Origin: Pocillopora damicornis
Lineage: Eukaryota
NCBI RefSeq assembly: GCF_003704095.1
Contig: NW_020843420.1
Location: 248,001-307,386, forward strand
Length of the DNA stretch: 59,386 nucleotides
Reading direction: 5' to 3'
The position numbers and the translations under genes are program-made. Positions 1-12,746 of this stretch are shown in pieces (the first letter of the stretch is position 1; every line of letters begins with the position of its first letter). The notes under the pieces are model-generated. The model saw only the letters and a program-made list of their open reading frames with translations. It was not told the DNA's origin and did not search any database.

Positions 1-127
1 GAATTGATCATGTCTATTGAATGCCTTTTTTGCTACCCTCTCCATTCTGTTTTTGCAATGATCTTCTCCTGCCATTATGAAAAACTGATCAGATATCTAA
101 ATGTTCCCCTATAAGAGCAAAACTTAC

Positions 128-292
128 CTGGTGCCATTCTTGTTTCATGATGGCATCATCTTTCAGTTGTTGAATGTGCTTCTGTATCTGTTGGATCACT
201 CCTTGGTAGTACACTAGGGATGTGTCGTAGTTACCAAGCAGGGCATATTCACGTGCCATTTTTGCATTTTCACAGATTTCAGAAAGGCTCAT
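128..292 (-). CDS. KATNAL1: Katanin p60 ATPase subunit A1/A-like 1, first coding exon; gene continues toward and past the left edge
   Basis: MSLSEICENAKMAREYALLGNYDTSLVYYQGVIQQIQKH matches the N-terminal MIT-like domain of KATNA1/KATNAL1. Donor CAG|GTAAG at 128/127, acceptor TTTTCCAG| before 305, candidate 5'UTR-exon donor GTGAGT at 1556..1551. Likely a pro-ortholog of both vertebrate paralogs. Confidence 0.92.
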
Positions 293-1559
293 CTTTACAA
301 GAGGCCTGGAAAATATATATCACTTCAATATTCCAGTATAAAAAGTTCACTTGACTTATCTATATCACAAGCTTCCCTGCATGTAAATCTCTAGTTTGAT
401 TATGTTTGACTTTGAGAGTATTATGGCCTGAGCACACAAGGCAAATTTTTGCTTATCTTGCAAAGAGATTTGTCATCAGTTCAGTGAGACAAATGCACCT
501 AATGATTTTTTATTCTACCAAATTTTTACAAGCCTTACCAATCTTCAAAGACACTGCTGTCACACCCTGTAGTAAGACAAATTTTTGCCAGGCATGAAAT
601 CTAACAGAATTTTCAATTTACAAACCACAATTTAAAGGAATACCTCAATCAAGAAAATTTGATCCTACTTATTAAATGTGAGTCTTTCTGGCAGATTCTG
701 CCAAATTTATAATTTAATAATTTTTAGCAATCAAACGGTGCAGATGGAAGATTTGTACCTCAGGATGCTGCATGGTGATCAGTACTGAGGATACTCATAA
801 TACAACTATAATGGCTCCCAAGTTTTCATTTTTAAAAGCTAAATCTCAAGGTACAGGTACTACTCGATTTATTGATGCATAAAATTGACATCAGGTGGTT
901 AACAAATATTTTGCTGTTTTTCAGTGCACCTGTCATTGACAAATTGAAAACTTGGGGGAAACAGATTTTTTGTGGAGCAAAACAAATTTTGTCAGCCCAA
1001 TGCACCTTGGTACCTAACCTCTAAACCGCTCCCTGCAAGATCATCTATAACTACTGACAGGGTCATTCAGAACAAAACTGTCTTGAAAAACCACCTTTAA
1101 ATGATGTCTGCCACAATATCCTGATTTTTTTTTAATACATAATAGATTAATTTCCTTGAGTGTAAAATACTAAGTAATGAAAATAAGTCAACTTAACAGA
1201 CAATCCTCAATAGGAATTTTTCGATCTCGCCTTGCGACTTTTCCAGCAATTTTTTCCTACGGTACATTTACGATTAATCCGTCGCATATTGTATACTGGA
1301 CTTGTTAGTTACGTTAGATGTCATCGAATGCTTGAATCAATGCAAATAAACACAAGGCGAAGTTTAGCACAATTAAATATTAGCAGGTCTGGGCGGACGG
1401 AACTAATCGAAGATTCTCTGCCAGGTTGCCAAATGTCTACAACATGAAGACCCCGTCTGAAAACTACGGTAGGGCTCATCAAACATTCTATGTCACTAGA
1501 AAAACGGTAACTCTGATTCAGTGTTAGTATTCAAAGAAACCTACCTTAAGACTCACCCA

Positions 1560-1983
1560 AAATGTTGTGATGGGATGTGTTCTATTAGTATAAAACTTGA
1601 GAGACCGTTTAAAAGTGTAGATCGAGCATGCTCGTTTGGCGCCTATATCTCCCATTGAATCATGGGATATGTATTGGCCCTGCTAAAACAAATATGGCGG
1701 CTGTCACATGAGCGACCTCAACCTTCCTGACTGTAAGGTAATTTTGAGCTTTCAAAGTGATTGTAAATATCTCAAGAACAGAGAAACAACTTTTATTGAC
1801 CACGATATTAATTTTCGGGGGTCTTCTAACTCATCCTACAAAAAATTTGGATTAGTCATTGCGGATGCATGAGTAGACAATCTACTTTCGATTCAACCTC
1901 CTCTGTGGCGAAAGAAGTAAAACAGATTTGATATTTGAGGTAACTAACCATGGCTTTGCACTTTGTTTTCTAGAAGATTTAAA
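1560..1983. promoter_or_regulatory. Putative bidirectional promoter between katanin p60 and MAP3K7
   Basis: Locally CpG-rich segment between divergent genes. YY1-like AAATATGGCGGC at about 1690-1701. Confidence 0.55.
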
Positions 1984-4900
1984 ATGGACGACGAAGACGA
2001 TCTTCAACCCGATTCTCCGCCCGGGTTTGTGGAAGAAATTGATAGTTCAGAACTTGAGCAAATCGAGGTAAAAATATACATGATTATCAAACTTAACGAA
2101 AAACATGCATACATGAGCAATTCAGTAGTCAAGCGATCATGTGCTTCGATGGTGCTACAAGATGCCGAAGAGTTATAAATTAAATCGTAGTCATTAAATC
2201 TCAAAGGAAAAGTCATTTACTTAATTATCATTTTATCTTTAATTTCTTCCTTACGCATTGATCTTGAAGTAATCAAATTGATTGAGTTTGTACTTGTTAC
2301 AATTTTACGACGGAAGTATTTAACTGTTTATCATTATCATAGCGGAGGCCTGTAGATATCCGTACAGCCATTTTTTTAGTTTTGAATAATATACAAACTC
2401 AGTGTGACAGCAGGGCATGTTGAGCCTATGGTAGTATTTTGGTTCCCCAGTCTTAAGGAAACTTCTATTTGACCCTAGTATCCAGCTTCACTGTAGGCCT
2501 CTTTAGTAAGCACTATGATTGGCTAGTCACTTGGAGCAAACACTGTTGTAACTCAGTTTCTTTGAATTATTTTTGCATGAATACAAAAGCACATGATCTT
2601 GGTCTGAAACACATGAGCTAAACATGACCAAAGTCTCTGAAATGTAGTTTTTTTCTTATGAAAATCCTACATCATGGGTCATAACCGACAAATGAGTGGA
2701 TACATTAAGATAATTTGTAGAGGAGATGAAAGACATTGTGGAACAGATTTGATAAAAGAACATTTATGTACTCAGAATGAGTTGAAGCTGACTGATTCAG
2801 TAGATATGGTTTGTTGGTTTTCTATTTTCTGTTTTACATTCCAATAGATTTGTTAGACTTTCACCCCTATTTTTACATGGTTCCACAAACTTAAGTTGGT
2901 TTGTGAATGAAATAATTTATTATCTTTTTCTGCCTTTTTTTCACTTATATCTGACATTTTAATTTCTTTGGTACATTTTACGGACATGAAAGGTATTGAA
3001 TTGGTAGAATGTTGTAAAATGAAATTGAAGAACAAGCTGATGTAGAGTTTCAGAGGAAAACATATTGTCATCCCCTGTACCTTAGGAACTATTAGTTGGT
3101 GTGCTCTGTAAGTGACTAGCTAAAAGCATAAACTTATGGTCGGAGAGGATAGCTGAGGTGGGAGATTGAAGGCTTTTAACAGGACTCCTTCAGTTTGTGA
3201 AATCATTAATTCAGTTGATCAGGGAAATTATACATTTGTCTGGGAAAAGTCAGGAAAAATTCAAGAAATTTCACAAACCTATGATTGCTGCAACCATGCA
3301 TGTTCTAATCAAACTTAAGAAATTAAAATACTAGAAGAACTTCTTTGTTTGTTATTTCTTCCCGTAAAAGTGCTTGATGTTTGAACTTATTGAAGGTGGC
3401 TTACAGAACTCTATTCCTTTCTCTGCCACCTTTGAAAGGAAAGTAAATAAATCAGTCCCTTTAGAACTGCACATTTGTCAGATGGTTCCTCTCTATTTTG
3501 GTGTGAAATCATGGTATCAAAATGCCTTTTCTTCCTAGAATTGACACTTGAGTGTTCAGTGGCTCTTTTTTTTAATAGGTAACATTAATTATGTCTGTAC
3601 TTACCTTGTCAGACTGTATGGCCCATAAATAGCCAACTGTTAGTAAACTACTGACAGTCTCTCAACAGATTACTGACCTACCTTTTGAAAGTTTGTAAGT
3701 TACTCCTACATGTGAAATAAAAGGAGTTTGTTTAAATAAACTTACATTTTCTTGTTGCTTTACAGACAGTTGGAAGAGGTGCATTTGGGGTTGTTTCCAA
3801 GGCAATATATAGACAGAGATTTGTTGTTGCTGTCAAGACAATTGAAACTGAAGCAGAAAAGAAAGCATTTAGTGTTGAGGTAAATGAAACAGTTTCACTA
3901 AAAAAAATACTGTGTATGTAACTTAGTTAAAGTTAATGTCAGTGATATCATTATTAGATATGGCAAATTGACATACATTGTATAATTTCCATATATCAAT
4001 TAGTACTATCTAGTGCTGTTCATAGGGGCTGCAATGGGATAGAGACTGGAAAATTAGTAAAATTTTCTTTAGAGATACCTTTTGTTGTCAATTGCCAAGT
4101 TGAGATGAATTTCATGGTATTTCTTTTTAACAGGTTCAACAGCTGTCTCGTATCAGTCATGATAATATCATCAAGTTGTATGGTGTCTGCACCACCCAGA
4201 ATCCTGTAAGTTCTACTCTACAGATTTATTGGTAGCCCCAAGTGAGGCAGCTTTTAAGAACTGTAATCATAATTCATTGGTATACTTTCTGTAGGTATGT
4301 CTGGTCATGGAGTATGCTGAAGGAGGCTCACTTTACAACTGTAAGAATATCAATGTGTGCACAGTATCACTGCTTGATAATGTTGTGGTTTAAACATTTT
4401 CCAAATTGAATATATTCCAAACCAGTTACATTTTAACACCCTTTCAGTTTTTATTTATGATAAGTTTTGGTATTAGGGCTTAGTGGAGCCTAATTTGGTC
4501 AGCGAAGTCCAACTACAAGTTGTCCAATTACAAGCATGATGTCTACATTGTCCTATTAGTGCTCAAATTGTTTATAACTAATCATGTTTAAGAATTTTGA
4601 TATAGGTTTGATCATTTTCTCAACAAGCAGAAATAGCAGTCAAAAGGGTGTATAAAATTTGAAACCTTGAGGAAAAATTTGAAATTAAAAACATGATAAG
4701 ACTAAAAGTGACCATGAAGGAATTTCTCATTTAACATCAAATTATATCATTGAGGAGAAAAGAACAAGAATAAAAGAAAATTATTAATCATGGGCATGAG
4801 ATATTGTTTGATTTATTATTACTTTCTAAGGGCTAAAATTTTGGGGGAATTGAGAAGGGTTAATTCATTCTGAATTTTCTTTCTATTTGTGAAATTTCAG

Positions 4901-7900
4901 TACTTCATTGGCAACATCCTTCATCACGATGTGCACCAATTTACACAGCCTCTCATATGATGAGCTGGGCTCTCCAGTGTGCAAGAGGAGTAGAATATTT
5001 ACATGGAATCAAACCCAAAGGAATTATCCACAGAGACCTCAAGCCTCCAAAGTATGCAATTTAAACAGTACACTGTGTTGTTATCGCTGTATTACATGAC
5101 TTCTGTTTTTATGGAGCTTCTTAGTTATGGCTTTCAACAGTGCTATAGGGAGGCTATGTTGAGCAAGCAGATGTAAAGATTGATGGAATTGATCCTGGAG
5201 TAAAATTTTTGTGCATCATGGCCTCATTTATTTTCTTGAAATGTAATGATAAATTATTGTTTTCAGTTTGTTGCTGACAAAATGTGGAACTGTTTTAAAG
5301 ATTTGTGATTTTGGAACAGCTTGTGACATGAAAACATACATGACAAACAACAAGGGAAGTGCAGCGTGGATGGCTCCTGAAGTGTTTGAAGGTATGCAAG
5401 TTAACAGTGTATTAGATCTGTGTCATAAAATTGTTACTTTGCATTTTTTAACACTAATTCTTTGATGGATGGATGCTGCCACACCTTTTAATATGTTTCT
5501 GACAGTTGTAGCTGAATAGCTGGTTTGTTTCAGTGTGATTAATGTGATGTTAATTTTATTCAGGTAACAATTACACAGAGAAGTGTGATGTTTTCAGGTA
5601 TGTGTTACTGCTAAAGTAGTGTTCATATTAAGTTTCTGTTTTATAATTACTTTGAAGTCTATCAAAACTTCATCACCTTTCCATCCTGCCTGAAAATGTG
5701 TCAGGTGTCTTGGAACCCAGCTCCATCCCATTTCTAAGCAATGGCCTACTTCAGCTGTTCGAATATTCAATAGAGAAACTTAACATAGTTCACTAAAAAA
5801 AATTGCTCTAACTTTTTAATTATTCATATAAAGAGTTTATTTGTAGCTTACAAGTTGAGGTGAATTTAACAAAGGCATTTTGTGTTTTTTAGTTTTGGTA
5901 TAATCCTTTGGGAGATGATTACTCGCCGTAAGCCTTATGAGGACATGTCTGGATTCAATGCTTTCAGAATAATGTGGGCTGTTCATAATGGTGGGTGAAA
6001 TTGTGTTTTTCATAAAAGCTAAAAAGAATACTAGTGAACAACAGGACCTTGTGCTTTTTTTTCCAAAACATTGTTGCTTTTAAAGCATTTATTGTCTCAC
6101 ATTTTATGTGATTTATTAATGGTTATTAAACAAAAATTAGCTCATTTCATATGTTTACATCTTGGTCATTGTATTATTCTGTAGGAACGAGGCCTCCTTT
6201 AATAGCAAATATTCCAAAACCAATTGAAGATCTAATGACAAGGTAGGGGAACAATTGACAGAGATTTCCAAGGTACTTTTAGCGCTATAGGAATTGCAAC
6301 ACAATCTGTTTTTCATGTATTATATATTAAAGATTTTTAGCATATCTTTAAATATTAATATTGATATTGTAATTATTGATATAATTGAGTTTTTATAATA
6401 CATCACATTGATATATTTTTTATAGCTATTATCATTACTACATTAAAATATCAATGTTACTTGCATCCTCTGGATCCTCTTCTTGGAAGCTGTTCATTTG
6501 CTAGCCATTTTACACTTTCTTAACTATTGAAAATTGGGTCCATGTATTTGTGCTTTTAGAATTTTTAAACTCAATGAAATGTTTGGAAACCTTTATCTGA
6601 AATATACCATTTTGTGGTGATGTTAAATACTTTATTAGTAAGTTGATACTATTAGTTTTCAGTCCTTGTTTATCAGTTATCATTATCATTGACTCATTTT
6701 TATTTCTCAATCTTTACAATCTGTAGCTGCTGGGATAAGGTGCCAGCAAAGAGACCATCATTTACAAGAATTGTTCACATACTTCAACATTTAGTGCAAG
6801 TAAGAACAGAGTTCTTTTGAGAAGAGTTTTTTTTCGCCACAGTTGACGTTATTCCATTTTGTCATACAAAATAATGTTGGTTTGTTATGAGTACAGTCTA
6901 TGCTTAGGGATGATCAATTACTTTATGGGAGGGTATTGCTTCTAACATTTATATAGGCAACAGCAAGTTTTGTAGCTGTCTTCACTGCTTTGCTATGCCA
7001 GTTACCTTCAAGCTAATCTTCATATTCTTGAGGAATGATCAAACATGACTTTGTTTCAATTGATGTCTTTGCTAAGAGATGAAAGGTGGCACATTGACTT
7101 TCTCGATATTTGTAGGTTGTAAAATTGTTCCAAAGTAACTGTTTTTCTGAATAGTTCTTTCCAGGTGCAGATACTTGCCTTGTTTTTCCAGTTGGAACTT
7201 CAAGTACAAGCACAGATGAAAGCAGCACAAGCTCAGACCTGTCTCTGTTAAGCCCTGAAATGGATCAGAATGGTGGGGAAATGTCCACACAGGGTAGCAC
7301 ATTGAGTGACACTGTCATCGGAATCAAGAGTCAGCCATCTACTGAGAGTGATGAAGAAGGTTCCTATGAAATTGAGGATGAGGAAAAAGAAAATGATGAA
7401 ACTCCAGTCCCAGGAAAATTAGAAGGTGAATCTCCTTTGGAGGGTGAATATGAAAGTCCTCACCGTGCAGCCTCTCCAACCATTACTATCTCAGTTGACA
7501 ACAAGAGTCCTACAGCTCAGTTTGTGCGACAGCGGTCAGATTCTGGAGGGACCAGTCACAGGACGGGAAAAGCTCCAGTGAGCCCTTTACCTGGACCAGT
7601 TCCAGGTATTAATTTTGAGCCAATCAAAATTGTTCCAGCATCGGCTTCTCCAAGCTCAAACTCTAGCTTGATGACCTCATCTCCATTGCCATCTGAGGTG
7701 AGCCCAGTGAAGGCTTCAAGTGCAAGAATTTCCTATCCACCAGTGAGTCCTGCTGTCAGTTCTGGTTACTATCCAAATTACACTTCAGACATCCAACCAA
7801 GTGGAGGAATGCAGCAGGCACCATTTTATCCACCTGGTAGCCTTATGTCTACAGCTCCATCAACAGGACAACCACTGATCTATTCTGAGGCTTCAGGGTC

Positions 7901-10437
7901 TGGTTTTCTGGGAGGTGCAACATCCCCATACAAATCTCCCAGTCCTATTCCCCCAAATTATGGTCAGCAAGGGGCTTACCCATCAAACACCATGTACCCC
8001 CCTGCCACTAGCTATGCCTTATCCACACCAACCAGTACTAGTCCATTGCAAATGCCCACATCAAGCACTGTGCCATCAGTACCTAGAAATACTCCTGTGT
8101 CGGGCTTTCATGCACCACAGCCACCTGATGGTTTGGACATGGAAGAACTACGGCTGGCCCTACAGAATGATCTTGACCCTCCAGAACATAGCAATAGAGT
8201 GCGCTTTAATTCCAGCGGCCCTTCTTCACAGGGATCTCATGCTGTGGGATCTGGATTTTCCAGTCCATCAAGTTCAGGAACCAGCAGTCCTTACCCAGAC
8301 AGGAAGACAAGTTGGCCTGTGAGTTCCCCACACACACACAACCATCCTCATCCTATGACAAGATCTGTGTCTTCTCCAGAAAGGAAGTTCAGTGGAGAAA
8401 AGAAGAGCCCTTTGGCACGGAGACGTGAACAAGGTTCGTTCTTTTCATTCTTTCAGTAATAGTTTTGACTTTTATGTACTGTTTTGTAAATTTAGTTTTT
8501 CTTTTGACTCAGATCAATCAGGGTTCCCAAGTATTCTACAGACTTTGGCTACCCATTTGCAGGTACCTCAATAAGTAATATATTAGTACTATATGTCTAC
8601 TTCATTCTACAGTAAGGTGTTTTTTTTAATGTATTTAGTACATGACTATTCCCTTCCTGTGGAGTTAGAGTAAACATTTCCCTTTTTCAATGTGTTACTC
8701 TATAAACCATCAACAATATGGTTATAGTCTAAGTCATGAAAAAAAATGCTTTAAATTTATTTTGTTACAATGAATGGAATCATTTTAACACATATAGTTT
8801 AGATACTTTAATATTTTTACCCTTATCTCTTACCACAAAGGTGAAGAGTACTTTCTGCATGTCCTTATTGGCTGGTTTGGAAGTGATTAGCAAGTACAAT
8901 TCACCTCCAAGCTGTTGGGGAGTCATTATTGCTCATCGAAAATTTTAATTTTGGACCATTTTTTGTATAGAGATAGAAGCAAACTATTTTTGGGGGTTTT
9001 TGTGAAGTATGTACTAAAACAATTACCAGTGTTCACCTCTGTGTGAGTGAAAGTGGATATTTACCTGGTTGTTTCATGATAAATATCCACCACTATTCAC
9101 CTGCACTTTGGTGAATAATTGTTGATTATAGTTGTTGTTGTTGTTGTTTTCCCTGCAGCCTATTGCACCAAACCCTGCAATTCCAGAGTCACAGGCAATT
9201 TACGAGGAGCATATAAAGGTGGATATCTGTACATTCGTGTAAAATGAAATTTTAAATTACAGATTGAGCTCTCTTGATAGACACTGTAGCTTGAAAGTGG
9301 ACAGATGTACTTGCTGCTGCATAGACCATTTGCATTGGAATCCTTAATGATGATACCAATACACATAGTCATAAGAAGTTATCTGAGGGGAACATTTCAT
9401 TAGAGGAATTTCTTAATTTTTTCGTTTTTGTACTAAACTGGGCAAAGCCAACCAGTAACACTTAACATGAAAATTTGAGTATAATTACCTGTAATTGTTT
9501 AAGTTCAAATTGTTCTTAGGATTCATTGTATGTTATTTAAAGATGTCTGTTTTTTTTAATGGATTGAGTTACCATCATAATACCTTTTGCAGCTTGCAAG
9601 GGAATACATTCAAGTTCAAACAGAAATGGCAATGATTCTGCAAAAGAAGTAAGCTTCAAATATATTTTACTCTGATCTTGAATTTTTGTTAATAGATGTA
9701 ATATCAAATGTTAGTGGCCACAAATCCACACCTTATTGATGGCTTCTGGACCATATGATACCCTTTTCATTATGCTGGATGGTAAATTACATCATAGCGT
9801 TTAAGGATTGTGACTCCAAAAACGTTCCTTTCTTTAGAGCATATACCCCTTTACAATTGGGTTTCATCATCTTGGTAACCTCAGTTTAGGAATTATTATT
9901 TAACTGTGCTTTATTCTAACTTGTCCCACAGGCTTGAACTTGAAAAAGACTTGGAAGAATATGAAACAGAACAGCAAGTTAATGCTCAATATGTAGAGGA
10001 GTTTGCAATGTTGACGAGTGAAAAGGTCAGTTGCCACTTAGTCTGTTTACAATCATTAAATAGAGAGAACAGGAACCAGAAGAAATTTATGAAAAACAGA
10101 AGACAAACAAGAGAAAAAAAGACATGAGCAGTTGCCAAGACATCCTGTGATTTCACAGACTTAAGTAGTGACGTTGAATTTAATGATTTTATATGTTTCT
10201 TGGTAATTATTTTATAAAGTTCTTCAGCCTTGCATGAAAGAGATTTGATCACCAGTCACAGTGTGAATGAATAATAGTATCAGTAATATGATGTCTTATT
10301 GTTCTTGTTCAATTGTGTTTTGTCTGTAGGAAAATCTCCTTTTGCTTCACAAAAATTTGAAGTCACAGCTAGAGGAAATGAAACGGCAGCCACCTGCTCT
10401 GATACCTGGTTGTCCACTAAGTAGCCAGTATAGATGA
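1984..10437 (+). CDS. MAP3K7: MAP kinase kinase kinase 7 (TAK1), 16 coding exons, ~833 aa
   Basis: Exons 1984-2067, 3766-3879, 4134-4205, 4295-4340, 4901-5051, 5267-5391, 5564-5597, 5893-5991, 6185-6242, 6727-6798, 7155-8433, 8513-8562, 9159-9218, 9593-9648, 9932-10025, 10330-10437 (2502 nt, in frame). Motifs: [58 protein letters not shown], and the C-terminal TAB2/3-binding segment HLQPIAP...[13 protein letters not shown]. Confidence 0.97.
9018..9123. repeat. Degenerate hairpin/MITE-like repeat in a MAP3K7 intron
   Basis: Nested inverted segments AACAATTA...GTGGATATTTA / TAAATATCCAC...TAATTGTT. Confidence 0.55.
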
Positions 10438-10939
10438 CTGACCACAGAGTAAACACACAAACAGTGTACAGTGTATATAATAATTCAGATATTTGCAGTT
10501 ATAGAAAATCAAAAATTATTTCTTTCCTGGTTTTAGGGAATTTGTTTCCTCACATCAACTTCTGTATTCCTTCCTTCCTTCCCATTCTAACAAGACTCTA
10601 ATTTCAGTTTATGAATATTAATGTGATAGCATGGCATGAAATTTAGTAACTATGTAATTAAAATTATGGGAATGGACAGAAAATTGTCCTATATAAGGTC
10701 ATGTGATATTTATAGCATGGCTGCAGATGTTATCTACCTTAGTATTTTTTCTGTATCTTATGTCTAAGGATTGCTTTCCTTTCACATAATTGCACAGCCA
10801 GTGTTTGTTTTTAATGAATTATTTTATTTGAATCTTCATTTATTAATGTCCTTCTTAATAATTGAATTAATTCTAAATCAGTGCATCAGCTTCAAAGTTG
10901 CTTTTTGTAGGAGAAAAAATGTGACTGAGTTATAATTTA

Positions 10940-11140
10940 TGACTGTGAATATATGAAAATCATCATGTAAACTGTGGTTTAAGAAATGAAGATAAAAGCA
11001 GTAGTCAAAATAAGGTCAGAAAAAATTCAGTCATGTATAGGATTTGACTCCATGAGCTCTGCCATACTGCTGCAGTGCTCTACCAGTTTCCACAGCTGCT
11101 TAAGTGGTGTTCATTACTGCAAAGATTGCTTTTATTTTCA
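10940..11140 (-). mobile_element. Decayed tRNA-derived SINE-like relic
   Basis: GGATTTGACTCCATGAGCTCTGCCATACTGCTGCAGTGCTCTACCAG is the reverse complement of a degenerate tRNA-like A/B-box head. Confidence 0.5.
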
Positions 11141-11580
11141 TAAGCCTTAACTGATGAACAAAATATGTTATATTCAGGAAATTTCGTAAGGTTTTCTTTG
11201 TTGCACACATGCATTTTTCCATTCACACAAGCTACTGCTGGTAAGGAACTTACAATCAAAAGTTATTTCTACCACCTCAATTACTAAGTTATAATTTAAG
11301 ATTTGTTGTTGGTGCTGTAATTTGGATGGAATCAGGAACCATTTTAGAATAAATTGGTACATAGTGATTGTAAATTGAACAGAAACATTCACTGCAATAA
11401 GTGTTACCTCTGACAATAAAAAAGTGGAGTTATGCACCACAATTTTTATTACTCTCCTAAATGTATAATGGAATACGGCAAAAATGATGGTCCTTTTTGT
11501 AATTTAAGTGTTTTGTATATTCTATGGAGGCAACAGACAAAAATAAATTTTTAAAAACTTAACATAACAACCAATTTAAC

Positions 11581-11815
11581 AGGGTAATTTAGTGTTAACA
11601 ACTTGGTTGAAAATGTAAATGGACAACCATAAAGAGTTTAAAGGCTGACGTTTCAAGCATTAGCCATTCGTCAGAGCTCTGATGAATGGCTAACACTCAA
11701 AACATCAGCCTTACAGAGGCCAATTTACGTTTTCAACTCAGTTGATAACACTAAATTACCCTATTATACTCTCCCACCGGCGCAACACCACAGTTTCTTT
11801 AGAAACTTACTCCCT
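11581..11815. mobile_element. Palindromic Penelope-like terminal-repeat relic with two decayed hammerhead motifs
   Basis: ~180-bp imperfect palindrome 11581-11762 centred on CAGAGCTCTG. The minus arm reads GCT-CTGACGA-A-TGGC-TAAT-GCTT-GAAAC-GTC-AGC. Same family as 27255-27382. Confidence 0.7.
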
Positions 11816-12746
11816 CTGTAACAACCAGTTTGTTGCTAAGTAGTAAATAATTCACTCAACAGTGACTGGATGAAGTTATCAATAGAATGAATAAAAAAGT
11901 TTTTGGCATAAAAGAATTCTTTCACAATAAAAATTTGTTACAAATTAGTATAATGATTGTTACTGCATGATTATATTAATGAGTGACATGAACACTGTAT
12001 TCATTTTGCAGTTCAGTAATGTTTGTTTCCTTTGTGGCTTCAATTTGTAGAGTAAGTTAGGTTTTTGATACTTAATAGTTAGAAAATTGGCCTAGCAATT
12101 TTATGGCATGCACAAGCTCAGAAAATGTGTCCACTCAAAAACAATCCTAAGATTTGGAATTGCGTGGTATTTCTAATCAAAGATCAAACACTTTCATTAA
12201 GTTTGCATGAGGTATTCTGTGGGAATTTGGTGAATGTTTTAGACTAGCAGGCATGGTTTCCAATAGGATAGGTCAGAAATTTTTCCTAATTAATTTTGAA
12301 AACCTGATGATTTTATGGTGAACATGAGCCTGTCAGACTGTCAGACATGGAGAATTGTAGACACATCGACATATCTAAGAGTGTGAGAGACAAGAAAACA
12401 CAGTCTTTAGTTTCTTTGATAGTGTTCAAAAGTTGAAAATAATATTCAAGAAATATTTGAAATTTATATTGGTTGGTCATGAAAATTACCTTTACAGCTG
12501 TGATGTGTAATAACATTTTGGTGATAAAGATTTAGAGATAAGTATAACAAAAAATGTTCACCATTCTCAATAAAATAAAATAAAATCATTCAAGTAAAAT
12601 TGCAATTGTTTGTATCCCAAGCTCTGCATGTTTGCAAATTGGGTTGGCCACCAACCATTGTAATGTTGGCCTCTCTGTTTTAAGAAAATGTCTGTTTTAA
12701 TTTAGAGCACCAGCTCAGGGAACTGTGACTATGACAATTCACTCAA

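Noticed and set aside
7915-8322. 135-aa alternative-frame ORF inside the large TAK1 exon
   Set aside because: No recognisable motif. Expected by-product of Ser/Pro-rich codon usage.
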